A stretch of DNA of 63,934 nucleotides, filler included, from Octopus bimaculoides (taxonomy: Eukaryota), in assembly GCF_001194135.2 (NCBI RefSeq). It is 5 parts of 4 records of this genome, joined end to end, with 100 filler letters (N's around TTAATTAATTAA, not from the genome) between each part and the next. Parts side by side here need not be neighbours in the genome. Positions count along the whole stretch, not along the records: positions 1 to 26,661 come from NC_068986.1; 4 more parts are not named here. One strand, given 5' to 3'. Of this stretch, positions 1 to 10,585 are shown piece by piece. The translations under genes and the position numbers were made by a program. The first letter of the stretch is position 1; each line of letters opens with the position of its first letter. A model generated the notes under the pieces. It was not told the DNA's origin and made no database searches. It was given only the letters and a program-made list of their open reading frames with translations.

Positions 1-642
1 TGTTCTATAACACAAAATAGATAAGTATACGAAGTTTGAAAGTCTTTCGGTACCAAAAACATAAATGAAAACTGGTGTCCCCGTTTTGAAATAGATCCAA
101 TCTTTCGATATTTCTTTTTTGTAAACAATAAGTTTCAAAAATTATTGTTTTCTGTTTTTCTCTAGCATAAATTGCTCCGGTGGTTGTATTTGAACCACGC
201 TATCTTTCAATTCCATCATTTTTTTATATTTTATGTAGTCTGACTTGTTCGTCGACAGCTGCCGCGTTCGACCCCCAGCTGCCAACGCAAAACTATTTTT
301 TTCCTTTCTCGCCTGCTCAGTCTGGATGCTAGGCGCATCGATAATCCTTTTGGTCACAATACTTTCTGATAAAGTTGGGAAATCTTCTTGTGAAAGCTCT
401 GACGAGCTTTCCGATACGTCTCCGATTATTTCATACATCCTGCTGTGCGCTTTGTTAACGGGGGAATTACAAATTCCTTTTTCGGGGGAATCCACTGGTT
501 TTTCTCTTGTAGTTGGCTCCTCGCCAGACAACAACAAATTTTTCGTCTCACTAGACATTTCTGTGCCAACGTTAAGCCTCTCTCTAGACGTCATTCTTCC
601 CCCCAATGGGGGAATGAACAAATGTGTGCTTTCTACAAACAC
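1..642 (-). mobile_element. Possible 5' end/ORF1 relic of a non-LTR (L1/Tx1-type) retrotransposon running off the window edge
   Basis: 166-aa S/E/K-rich ORF (142-642) with an SFALAA motif. After the TAA at 144-142 the same frame stays open for 47 more codons to base 1 (FLKLIVYKKEISKDWIYFKTGTPVF...), suggesting a premature stop in a longer ORF. Family assignment is inference only. Confidence 0.35.
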
Positions 643-847
643 TTAGTGTTTTCAAATAAAAACCCCAACAGTTAGAATTTTAACAGAAATTGCAGTTAAT
701 AAAAGAGTAGTTATTATAAATAATAACACTAATAACCAGCAATTTTCACCACGAACACATGTGCGACGCGTAACCAACAAACTCACTGAGACGAAATACC
801 ACTAAGCATTTCACCCGGCGTGCTAACAGTTCAGCCACCTCACCGCA

Positions 848-921
848 TAGTAGTAATAGTAATAGTAGTAGTAGTAGTAGTACTACTACTACTACTACTA
901 CTACTAAGAAGAAGAAGAAGG
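848..921. repeat. Compound microsatellite (TAG)n-(TAC)n-(GAA)n with a perfect 38-bp palindrome at 863-900
   Basis: Read directly; the (TAG)n arm is the reverse complement of the (CTA)n arm, centred on GTAC at 880-883. Confidence 0.95.
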
Positions 922-1618
922 ATTATTATGAAGTAGCATAGCGTTACCTTTAATTCCTTTATACATATACGCGGGTGTGTATGATTGTGTATAGATGAAT
1001 ATATTACTCAAAGAAATTCAAACTTTGATTTTCACTATTGATATAGATTGATAGATAGATAGATAGATATGTATGTATTTAAATATAACTTATTTGTTTT
1101 GATGAAATGTAAAAGTCTACATAGATGGTCAATTGTAATTTTTGTTCTATTCTAATCGCACATACATTTGTTTTGTTTTTTTATTTAACTCTGCCTTATA
1201 ATCGGTGTGTTGAATTTTACTTTATTTTATTTTATTTTATTTATTTCATATTTTGATTCTTTATTCCTTTATCCTTGTATACTTTATTTTGTTATATGAG
1301 AAAAAGATGTTTATCATTATATCTCAGTTATTCATACAGATAAGCAAATCGGCAAATCAAAAACGGGGTTCTTTTGAAACGTCACCGTAGGGGTTGCAGC
1401 TGCAGCTACAATGCATGAGAGTTAATTGCACAGCATTTCATTTGTAAAGTGTGGAATGATCCTAATGGTAAGTCGGAATGATCCTAATGGTTCTAATTAA
1501 AGACTTGCGTGAATTCTATTTTCTGTCACAAATATATTTTATATATTATAGATAGATATATTGATGCACGTACATATACATATACTTATATAGATTTGCA
1601 TATAAACCATACACATAT

Positions 1619-1650
<32 letters not shown>

Positions 1651-1860
1651 TAGATAGATAGATAATTACATATGTGTTAATACTAAAAGTTTCACGTCTG
1701 TGTTCCGTAAAACATTTCACTGTGTTGATAAAATGTCTTGATTAATATACTTCCTAACAGGTTATTTTGCCTGAAAATTCATCCAATACATTTCTGGTCC
1801 CTACCTTTCTCATATTTATTAAAATATTCAGCTACATATTCTGGTGTTACCAGTATAACT

Positions 1861-2241
1861 GGAGGCGCAATGGCCCAGTGGTTAGGGCAGCGGACTCGCG
1901 GTCATAGGATCACGGTTTCGATTCCCAAACCGGGCGTTGTGAGTGTTTATTGAGCGAAAACACCTAAAGCTCCACGAGGCTCCGGCAGGGGATGGTGGCG
2001 AACCCTGCTGTACTCTTTCACCACAACTTTCTCTCACTCTTACTTCCTGTTTCTGTTGTGCCTGTAATTCAAAGGGTCAGCCTTGTCACACTGTGTCACG
2101 CTGAATATCCCCGAGAACTACGTTAACGGTACACGTGTCTGTGGAGTGCTCAGCCACTTGCACGTTAATTTCACGAGCAGGCTATTCCGTTGATCGGATC
2201 AACTGGAACCCTCGACGTCGTAAGCGACAGAGTGCCAACAA
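1861..2241 (+). mobile_element. tRNA-derived SINE, family A, full length
   Basis: Pol III A box TGGCCCAGTGG (1871-1881) and B box GGTTTCGATTCCC (1914-1926). Near-identical to copies at 35357-35657 and 56260-56653. Ends ...GAGTGCCAACAA. Confidence 0.9.
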
Positions 2242-2544
2242 TTATTATAGCAAGCAGTTCGGAGAAAGAGATTTACATATAGCAATTTGAATCTACAATG
2301 TAATTTCAATGTCCAGTACAGTATCATTTCAAATATTAGTTGCTTTTCTGTTCAAGTTCAAATCCTGCTTCATGCCGTTGTGTAACACATCGACTTCTTT
2401 CACTGCGTTATTCCCTCAAATTTGTATTTGCTGTTAGAAATTAATATTTAATATGAAAATACGAGTGCTCTGCGGAAGACAAAAAACATTATTGCACTGC
2501 ACTTAAAATACTTTAGGTTAGATTAACATCTCATTAATTTATCT

Positions 2545-2759
2545 CTTAAGGCTGCAAGCTGGCAAAAACGTTAGTACCCCGGGGGAAATGCTTAGCGGTA
2601 TTTCGTCTGTCTTTACGTTCTGAGTTCAAATTCCGCCGAGGTCGACTTTGCCTTTCATCCTTTCCGATCGATAAATTAAGTACCAGTTGCGTACTGGGTC
2701 GATTTAATCGATTTGCCCCCTCCTAAAAAATTTCGGGCCTTGTGCTTAGCGTAGAAAAG
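2545..2759 (+). mobile_element. Short SINE, family C, with 12-bp target-site duplication
   Basis: Core GAGTTCAAATTCCGCCGAGGTCGACTTTGCCTTTCATCC recurs more than 12 times in the window. TSD ATTAATTTATCT at 2533-2544 and 2760-2771. Confidence 0.9.
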
Positions 2760-3286
2760 ATTAATTTATCTATTGTTAGTAAAATATGTAATGAGATCGA
2801 ATATTGATTATATCGACTTCAATTTCCCAACTGTGTGGTCATGTACGAATTACTATGTATGAAAGGAATACAAATTTTGTATTTCGCAGTCAGTCCACAT
2901 GTGTATGTCGGCATTCGATGTATGTCAGGATTTCTAATGCAAAACTGTACAAAGGCGATGTAGTAGTAGAATCGATACATCTTGGCAATAAATTTCTTTC
3001 GGCTTGTTCCACGAAAATTATAAGTTCATATTATATTAAAGGAAATTTCATTCGCCTCGTGGTGATAACACCGTCAGCAACATAATGATCTCTAATTTAT
3101 CCAAAGGCCCAACAAATTCACTTGGAGGGCGTAGTCGATATTATCGCCTCCATGACATGAGTCATACTCTATTTTATCAACTCCAAATGGATGAAAGGCA
3201 AAATTGACCTTGGCAGCATTTGAACTCGGTCGATCCAACCAGCTCATTACTTTGGAGTCAGCGATACTACCAACCTGATTAAAGGA

Positions 3287-3409
3287 CTATATTCCGTCCA
3301 TAGAAAACTTGTTCTTGCATCTAAGCAGGATGCTAATTATATTGCATCTGCTGGTGACAAATAGTGTTGAACTAAGTTCGAAGACGATTACGAGAGATGA
3401 TTTCGACAC
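3287..3409 (-). CDS. Weak candidate terminal coding exon of an unknown host gene
   Basis: Acceptor tttattatcag at 3420-3410; phase-0 frame open for 40 codons to TAG at 3289-3287; phase-compatible with the candidate exon at 3683-3937. No recognisable homology. Confidence 0.2.
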   Translation of the reverse strand: MSKSSLVIVFELSSTLFVTSRCNIISILLRCKNKFSMDGI

Positions 3410-3682
3410 CTGATAATAAATATTTCTTGAGCATGATCTTAATCACTCACTCCATTATTTTTTAAACCATAAAACCAACATATCAACGTTTGTAAATCAA
3501 ACAGAACATTCTTTTCAAACGACAGTTGCAACTATCAAAAACTAACAAACTTTATGAACTTTCTCTATATATTTGCTGCTGTATGTTAGCAGGATTGTTT
3601 GGTGCTATAGGTACAGTCAGTGTTGAATGTACAAGTTATTTGTCGGCGGAAAGAAAACAGAAATAGAAAATTATTGACTTAC

Positions 3683-3937
3683 AACAGAACTTCGAGAAAT
3701 ATTTTTTTTAAATCTCTTTCTCAAATAGACCAATTTTCTGAAAGTGCATTTTACTGTAAGCTCTTGATCACTAATGCGAATTCTATTTCTTGGCAAAGTC
3801 CTGGAACGAGAAATATCATTAGCTGAACGATATGAGTGTATAGTCACAATAGTTCTCATTAAAATATTGCCCATAGCTGCAGACATAATACTGTATGTCA
3901 ACAGACTTAGTGCATCGACAGTGTCTGGAATTGTTTC
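3683..3937 (-). CDS. Candidate internal coding exon of an unknown host gene (85 codons)
   Basis: Acceptor ...ttttaagtag, donor GTAAGT (3682-3677), 255 bp with no stop in phase 0: ETIPDTVDALSLLTYSIMSAAMGNILMRTIVTIHSYRS...KRFKKNISRSSV. Non-repetitive sequence, no recognised family. Confidence 0.3.
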
Positions 3938-4730
3938 CTACTTAAAACATCCTCTAAACATACCAACCAAACCGACTTTACAAGATTTCTTTCTTTTTTA
4001 TTCTTGTAATTATTATAAGTTCAATTATAAGATAAACTTTTATATTCTCAGAAACTCAACAATTTAGTATTGTCAGAAGAAATAATCTTTTTTTCATACT
4101 CTTACATCAATCATTTTAAAACAATTATTTACATAATACTATACAATTCTAATAACTTATCATTTTAATATAACTGAAATGCATATTTTATATGAAATAC
4201 ATATAAAGAAAATGCTATTTGATCAAAATTGTTTAATCGCTGTTATTAATGTAAATAATTTTATGCTATCTATTTCTCTATAACGATAAATTTTAAATAA
4301 ATATGATGCAGTTGTATAAACTAGAAGAGCAGCAACGCAGGTTCGAAGTATATTTTAACGTCAGAGTTTCAAGTAGAAGTGACAATGAAGTATGAAGAAT
4401 GTGGTGTATAGATATAGAATAATCTTCGAGGATAGAATAGAAATTTCATTCTGTATAATGCGATTTTAAAATATATAAAATATAAACAAGGAGTCTTATT
4501 TTAGTGTATTAGATCTAATAATGACGTTCTAAGCAAACCGCAGCAGAACAAAATAGTTCGGACTATGCACGTGAATGATTGCTTAACGTTAAATACTAAT
4601 TTTGGTCGTTAAACGGGTACGAAATATATTTAAAGATATTGATCGTTTAGTAAAGGTTATCAATATATTTGTATTAGAAACGGTGATGGCCTCTTCCCAA
4701 AAAATAGATATAAAATATCAATTAGGTATA

Positions 4731-4948
4731 TTCTTTTCTACTTTAGGCACAAGGCCCGAAATTTTGGGGAAGAGGGCCATTACTAGACTAGATTGACCCC
4801 CAGTTCACAACTGGTACTTAATTTATCGACCCAGAAAGGATGAACGGCAAAGTCGACCTCGGCGGAATTTGAATTCAGAACGTAAAGACTGACGAAATAC
4901 CGCAAAGCATTGTGCCGGCATACTAATGTTTCTGCCAGCTCACCGCCT
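4731..4948 (-). mobile_element. SINE family C
   Basis: Reverse complement of the family C core. Flanked by an imperfect 15-bp TSD, TATCAATTAGGTATA (4716-4730) and TATCAAGTAGTTATA (4949-4963). Confidence 0.9.
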
Positions 4949-5519
4949 TATCAAGTAGTTATAATGGTTTTACTTGTTTGAATAAAAGTAGGTTAAAGGA
5001 GATGATTAGCTTTATCGTTAACACGTGTATTTCCTAGGCGGAGAGGTTACTGAAATAAATTGATGGTATTTTGATGGGTGATAAGTGTAGCCCTTTATTA
5101 ATAGATATATATCTATCTTTATGTGAATTTAGTTTTAATGATTTTTAGCAAAGGATGAAAATAGAGATAGGTTTGGTCAAGCAGCTTGGTTATAACGGCA
5201 GATAATTCGATATTTTCATTCCTAATGACAAGTATTTTGGGAAAATATAGCCAAATGATCTAGAAGTGAATATAAAGTTTTCATATCTTTACCCTGGGAA
5301 CTATGTATAATTCCTCAGATTGTAAATTATAACATGTTTTTTTGCAGTCAGTTTATTAGATGAGCTAGGAATATAAATGAGGTTGGTGCATTTTTGAAAA
5401 GTATTAAGAGATGCCTATGGGAAAACGAGGTTACGTTAGAAAAATCTTAGTTAAATGTTTAAGAGACTGTCTGGTAAGAAACTTCCTTACCATCCATGTT
5501 GTTGTTGTTCCCATCTCAC

Positions 5520-5900
5520 TGCGTGACACTTCCACTATAACGCCATGCTGACCAAGGCCTTGTGAGTGGATTTGTTAGACGGAAAACTGAAAGAAACCCG
5601 TCGTGTGTTTGAACGTGTGTGTGCGCGCGCGCGTGCTTGAGTGTGTGGGGGGCGTGCACACACATGTGTACGTGCATGTGTGAGTATGTATATTTGTCCT
5701 CACCACCACCACCACAACCACTTGTTAACCGGTTTTGGCTTGTTTACGTTCCCATAAATTAGCGGTTCGGCAAAAAACAAAGAGCAAGTTTCAGATTTAA
5801 AAATAGATACGAGGGAGATCGATGTGTTCGGTTAAATTTTTCAAGGCCGAGCCCCAACATGATCATAGTCTAAATACTGGAGCAAGTAAAATATAAATGA
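5520..5900 (+). mobile_element. Degenerate, 5'-truncated SINE family B
   Basis: GTGAGTGGATTTG.TAGACGGAAA.CTGAAAGAA.CCCGTCG, an internal GT/GC tract and a decayed 3' half, as in the intact copies. Confidence 0.8.
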
Positions 5901-6039
5901 TAACAGTTGGTTATTTAGATATATAGAAATCTTTGAAAAATTTGAAGTAATTTCTAGTTTTAACCTAGTCTAGATTTACAGATTGATTAGTTTTAATTAA
6001 TGTTGAAAGTAATGTGAGGTTGTGGGTAGATTGTCATAT

Positions 6040-6508
6040 ATTGGTTTCAAATTTTGGCACAAGACCAACAATTTCCAGGGAGAGCGAAAGTCGATTACAT
6101 CGACCTCACTACTCAACCGATACTTATTTTATCGACCCTGAAAAGATGAAAAGCAAAGTCGACTTCGGTGGAATTTGAACTCAGAACGTGAATACAGACG
6201 AAATACCTATTTCGTTATTGTCCACAAGGGGCTAAACATAGAGGGAACAAACAAGAACAGACGAACGGATTAAGTCGATTACATCGACTCCAGTGCGTAA
6301 CTGGTACTTAATTTATCGACCCCGAAAGGATGAAAGGCAAAGTCGACCTCGGCGGAATTTGAACTCAGAACGTAACGGCAGACAAAATACCGCTAAGCAT
6401 TTCGCCCAGCGTGCTAACGATTCTGCCAGCTCGCCGCCGTTATACAGACAAAATACCGCTAAGTATTTCACCTTGCGTGCTAACGATTCTGCTAGCTCAC
6501 TGCCTTAG
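6040..6508 (-). mobile_element. Cluster of three same-orientation family C SINE pieces with two tail variants
   Basis: Family C core at about 6120-6205 and 6300-6440, an extra head segment at 6441-6508, and the alternative tail (CCACAAGGGGCTAAACA...) at 6206-6290. Confidence 0.85.
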
Positions 6509-6563
6509 ATTGCCATATATAAAGATCTATTATTGCGTACAACGTCACTTTTGTTAGAATGTA

Positions 6564-6813
6564 CAGTAATCCCTTGACTATCGCTGGTATTACGTTCCAA
6601 AACACCCCGCGATAGGTGAAAATCTGCGAAGTAGAAACAGTACTGTATTGTATATTTTTTTTATAATTTTCATAATTTGTATATATTTATTTTATTATAA
6701 ATGCAAATCAACACCTCGGAGGAATCGACGTAAGCTTAAATAATAAACCACGATAGATGAACAGCGATACGTGAACAGCGATACGTGAACCGCGATATGT
6801 CGAGGGATTACTG
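6564..6813. mobile_element. 250-bp pogo/Tigger-like MITE
   Basis: TIRs CAGTAATCCCTTGAC / GTCGAGGGATTACTG, TA on both sides (6562-63, 6814-15), subterminal GCGATA.GTGAAC repeats, no ORF. Confidence 0.85.
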
Positions 6814-6963
6814 TATTAACGTACTTCGCGATCATAGGTTACAAACCGTCTTATAGAGAGAAGTAAAGTTTAAGTGAAGACATAAGTTTTTGTTTTTGTT
6901 ACTTTCTTTACAACATGTGGATATGTCGTTTTTATACAACGAATATTTTCGTTACAGATTATA

Positions 6964-8561
6964 CACTAGCGGCTATAATATAAGGATCAGCAACTGCTCA
7001 GCAACTGCAAGTTATTGAAATAGTTATAGATTGACAATTCGTTGAGACCAGATATTGTACACATATTTAGATATATTTAATATTTATCGTTCGTTAAAAT
7101 TCCAAGTGAATGGAATAAATAATTGATAAGTTATGAGGAAATAAACAAACAATCTTCCAAATTGCTGCGGCCAAAAGTTAACGGTCACTTAGAAAAAATG
7201 AACTACTAACCGAGGTATTTGTTGTTTAGAAGAATGTTAATGAGCTAACAGTTACTTTTTATGATCGTATATTATTGGAACATTCAATTTCAACATGGCG
7301 GCTTGCGAGAGACCACCGGTGTCTTGTACGGGAAGACAAAGGATTGCGTCAACAAGAGGGCAACTAATGCAGGAAGATCTACAAGTGTTGTGCAACGAAT
7401 TGTAGCTCGTTTTAAGTTATCAGGATTGACAGATGCTAAACCCCAAACCGGTAGACCGCATGAAACTTCACCAAGACAGGATCGTATTATGGTTCGAATG
7501 TCACTCAAGGATAGGTTTAAGAGTGCTGCTGAGATATCCCGCGAGTTTAGCTCCACTTCCGATGTCGATGTATCACGCAAAACAGTTTCTCGGAGGTTAC
7601 GAGGTTCTGGGTTGCTTGCTCGGGCACCGGCAAAGAAACCTCTGATCTCCAAGAAGGCTCAAAGAACCCATCTTCATTTCTCCCACGAAATTGAGGCTTG
7701 GACAGAAGAACAGTGGTCGCAGGTTCATTTTAGCGATGAATTGAAGTATAATGTGATTGGTTCCGATGGCGGAATATATGTCCGAGGAAGAAGTGGTGAA
7801 AGGTTATCTCGTGCATGTGTGAAGAAGACAGTGAAATATCGAGGAGGCAGTGTAATGGTATGGGAGCGGTCTCTGCTGTTGGTCCTGGTCCACTTATTCG
7901 CCTACAAGAGACTGTCAACGCTGAAATCTACAAGCAGATTCTTAGATTGCATGCCTTTTCACATCTCCAAACCTCGTCATTTCAACCTCCTATCTTCATG
8001 CAGGACAACGCTCCCTGTCACACTACAAAGAGATCAAAGACTTTTTAGTGATGAAGGAGTTGATCTTATGGACTGGTCACTTCAAATTCCCGATCGCAGC
8101 CCTATAGGAAACGTTTGGAAGATTACTGGAAATGGGGCGTGAAAGAGAAATCCGAAGAACGAAGATGAACTCTGGGAATTATTGAAAAATTAATGGAACA
8201 ATAATACTCCATCATTTTGCAAGAAATTAATTCAGTCCTGTGGTAACAGATGCCAGGAGATCATTGATAGCAAATGGATTTTCACAAAATATTAATAGTA
8301 AGGGTTTCTTTTTTGTTCTTGTTCCATTTTTTATTGTTTTTCGAAGTGACCCTTAACTTTCGGCCGTTACAGTTTGGAAGATTATTTGTTTATTTCTTCA
8401 TAACTCTTACCAAATATTTATTCCATTCACTTGAAATTTTCACGAGAGATAGCTATACACAAATATGTATAAAATAACTAGTCTCAATGGTTTATTAATC
8501 TTCTATAATAAATATTTCAATACACTTGTTCTTACTGACCCTTATTTTATGGCCGCTATTG
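6964..8561 (+). mobile_element. Full-length (1.6 kb) Tc1 transposon with about 230-bp IR/DR-type TIRs
   Basis: TA flanks at 6962-63 and 8562-63. 6964-~7195 is the reverse complement of ~8335-8561. Each TIR has an outer and an inner copy of a CGGCC...AAGGGTCA motif. Confidence 0.9.
7261..8295 (+). pseudogene. Tc1 transposase pseudogene (HTH plus DDE domain, frameshifted)
   Basis: GRP motif, VSRKTVSRRL, KKPLIS, FSDE, GGSVMVW, then MQDNAPCH in a shifted frame, then IPDRSPIGNVW (degenerate SPDLNPIENLW, catalytic E lost), then a C-terminal ...RCQEIIDSKWIFTKY. Confidence 0.92.
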
Positions 8562-8709
8562 TATTCGTAAACTTCGTATTATATATATATGCTTTTAGGC
8601 GAAAATATTGGCTTAAATATACTTTCTATAATCCGAGTTATAGCTCTACACTTAGTTATTCCCATGTCGTAGACAATTAATACCTTACATTTAAAATGAT
8701 ATATTTATA

Positions 8710-9664
8710 TTCTCTTTTACTCTATCACTCTCTCTTTTTACTCTTTTGCTTGTTTCAGTCATTTGACTGCGGCCATGCTGGAGCACCGCCTTTAGTCGAG
8801 AAAATCGACCCCAGGACTTATTCTTTGTAAGCCTAGTATTTATTCTATCGGCCCCTTTTAGCCGAACCGCTAAGTGACGTAAACACACCAGCATCGGTTG
8901 GCAAGCGATGGTGGGGAGACAAACACAGACACACAAACACGCATACATATATNNNNNNNNNNNNNNNNNNNNNNNNNNNNNNNNNNNNNNNNNNNNNNNN
9001 NNNNNNNNNNNNNNNNNNNNNNNNNNNNNNNNNNNNNNNNNNNNNNNNNNNNNNNNNNNNNNNNNNNNNNNNNNNNNNNNNNNNNNNNNNNNNNNNNNNN
9101 NNNNNNNNNNNNNNNNNNNNNNNNNNNNNNNNNNNNNNNNNNNNNNNNNNNNNNNNNNNNNNNNNNNNNNNNNNNNNNNNNNNNNNNNNNNNNNNNNNNN
9201 NNNNNNNNNNNNNNNNNNNNNNNNNNNNNNNNNNNNNNNNNNNNNNNNNNNNNNNNNNNNNNNNNNNNNNNNNNNNNNNNNNNNNNNNNNNNNNNNNNNN
9301 NNNNNNNNNNNNNNNNNNNNNNNNNNNNNNNNNNNNNNNNNNNNNNNNNNNNNNNNNNNNNNNNNNNNNNNNNNNNNNNNNNNNNNNNNNNNNNNNNNNN
9401 NNNNNNNNNNNNNNNNNNNNNNNNNNNNNNNNNNNNNNNNNNNNNNNNNNNNNNNNNNNNNNNNNNNNNNNNNNNNNNNNNNNNNNNNNNNNNNNNNNNN
9501 NNNNNNNNNNNNNNNNNNNNNNNNNNNNNNNNNNNNNNNNNNNNNNNNNNNNNNNNNNNNNNNNNNNNNNNNNNNNNNNNNNNNNNNNNNNNNNNNNNNN
9601 NNNNNNNNNNNNNNNNNNNNNNNNNNNNNNNNNNNNNNNNNNNNNNNNNNNNNNNNNNNNNNNN

Positions 9665-9706
<42 letters not shown>

Positions 9707-9868
9707 GACGGACTTTTTTCAGTTTCCGTTTACCAAATCCACTCACAATGCTTTGGTCGGCCCCAGGCTATAGTAGAAAACACTTGCCCAATGTTCCACG
9801 CAGTGGGACCGAACTCGGAACCATGTGGTTGGTAGGCAAACTACTTACCACACAGCCACTCCTGCGCT
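8710..9868 (-). mobile_element. SINE family B with an assembly gap in its central microsatellite
   Basis: 3' tail (rc of ...CAGCATGGCCGCAGTCAAATGACTGAAACAAG) at 8710-8790, tRNA-like head at 9780-9868, N gap at 8953-9664 inside the TA/CA tract. Confidence 0.9.
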
Positions 9869-10504
9869 TATGAGTATTAATAGGCGCAGGAGTATCAATT
9901 TTATATTACGTATATGCTTTTCATTAGGTGGAAATGTTAGCTTAAATATTACTATAGTTTAACAAATATTGGTCAACATTAATTATTTTCCGTGTCGTGT
10001 TATTTTAAGGCGATTGAAGCCTGAGAGACTTCAGTTAAGGTAAATTGATGTGCTATTCTCTTAGTTTATATTTGCTTCTTTCTTAACACGTGTTATACAT
10101 TATTTGGTAGCAATAATTTATAATACACATCTTTTGTTTATCTCTAATTAATCTATACGTTGAATGTTTTACAGAGATTATTTGTAAGATTATTATTATT
10201 TTCCGTTTCATGTATTGGCAACCTGTTTTCGACTATTTTCAATGAGTTTTGTTTACACATTTAGTAATGTAGTTCAGTTTAATGTTCTATATATTTGAAT
10301 TTCTACTATGGCAAAGTCCATTTTGATGATATTTCTTTGTATTCAATATTTTACATTTTAATTTCTGTGCTTTGTAGCCATAGGTACGTAACGATTTATG
10401 TTTGGGATTTGTTTGCGTTTGAAACATTAAATAGATGTAGGCGTAATGAATGTAATGTGATAATGTCTTGTTTTTGCTACTTGAAAATTAATCTCCAGAT
10501 AGTG

Positions 10505-10585
10505 TTATGTTATTAACGCTGTTGACACTATCTTCCTGTCTGGTACTCCCCAAGTGGGGAAATCATAAGGAGGTTCATTTGGCAA
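10505..10585 (-). CDS. Weak candidate terminal exon (LPNEPPYDFPTWGVPDRKIVSTALIT*)
   Basis: Canonical acceptor cttactcattcattttcag (10604-10586) and a 26-codon phase-0 frame to TAA at 10507-10505. Short, with no upstream partner exon identified. Confidence 0.2.
   Translation of the reverse strand: MPNEPPYDFPTWGVPDRKIVSTALIT

Noticed and set aside
1861-1935. tRNA gene
   Set aside because: It has A and B boxes but no complete cloverleaf and continues into a multi-copy SINE body; the same applies to the heads at 32786, 55350 and 56260.
6040-6508. CRISPR-like repeat-spacer array
   Set aside because: The repeats are long, irregular SINE modules in eukaryotic DNA, with no constant repeat/spacer period and no cas genes.
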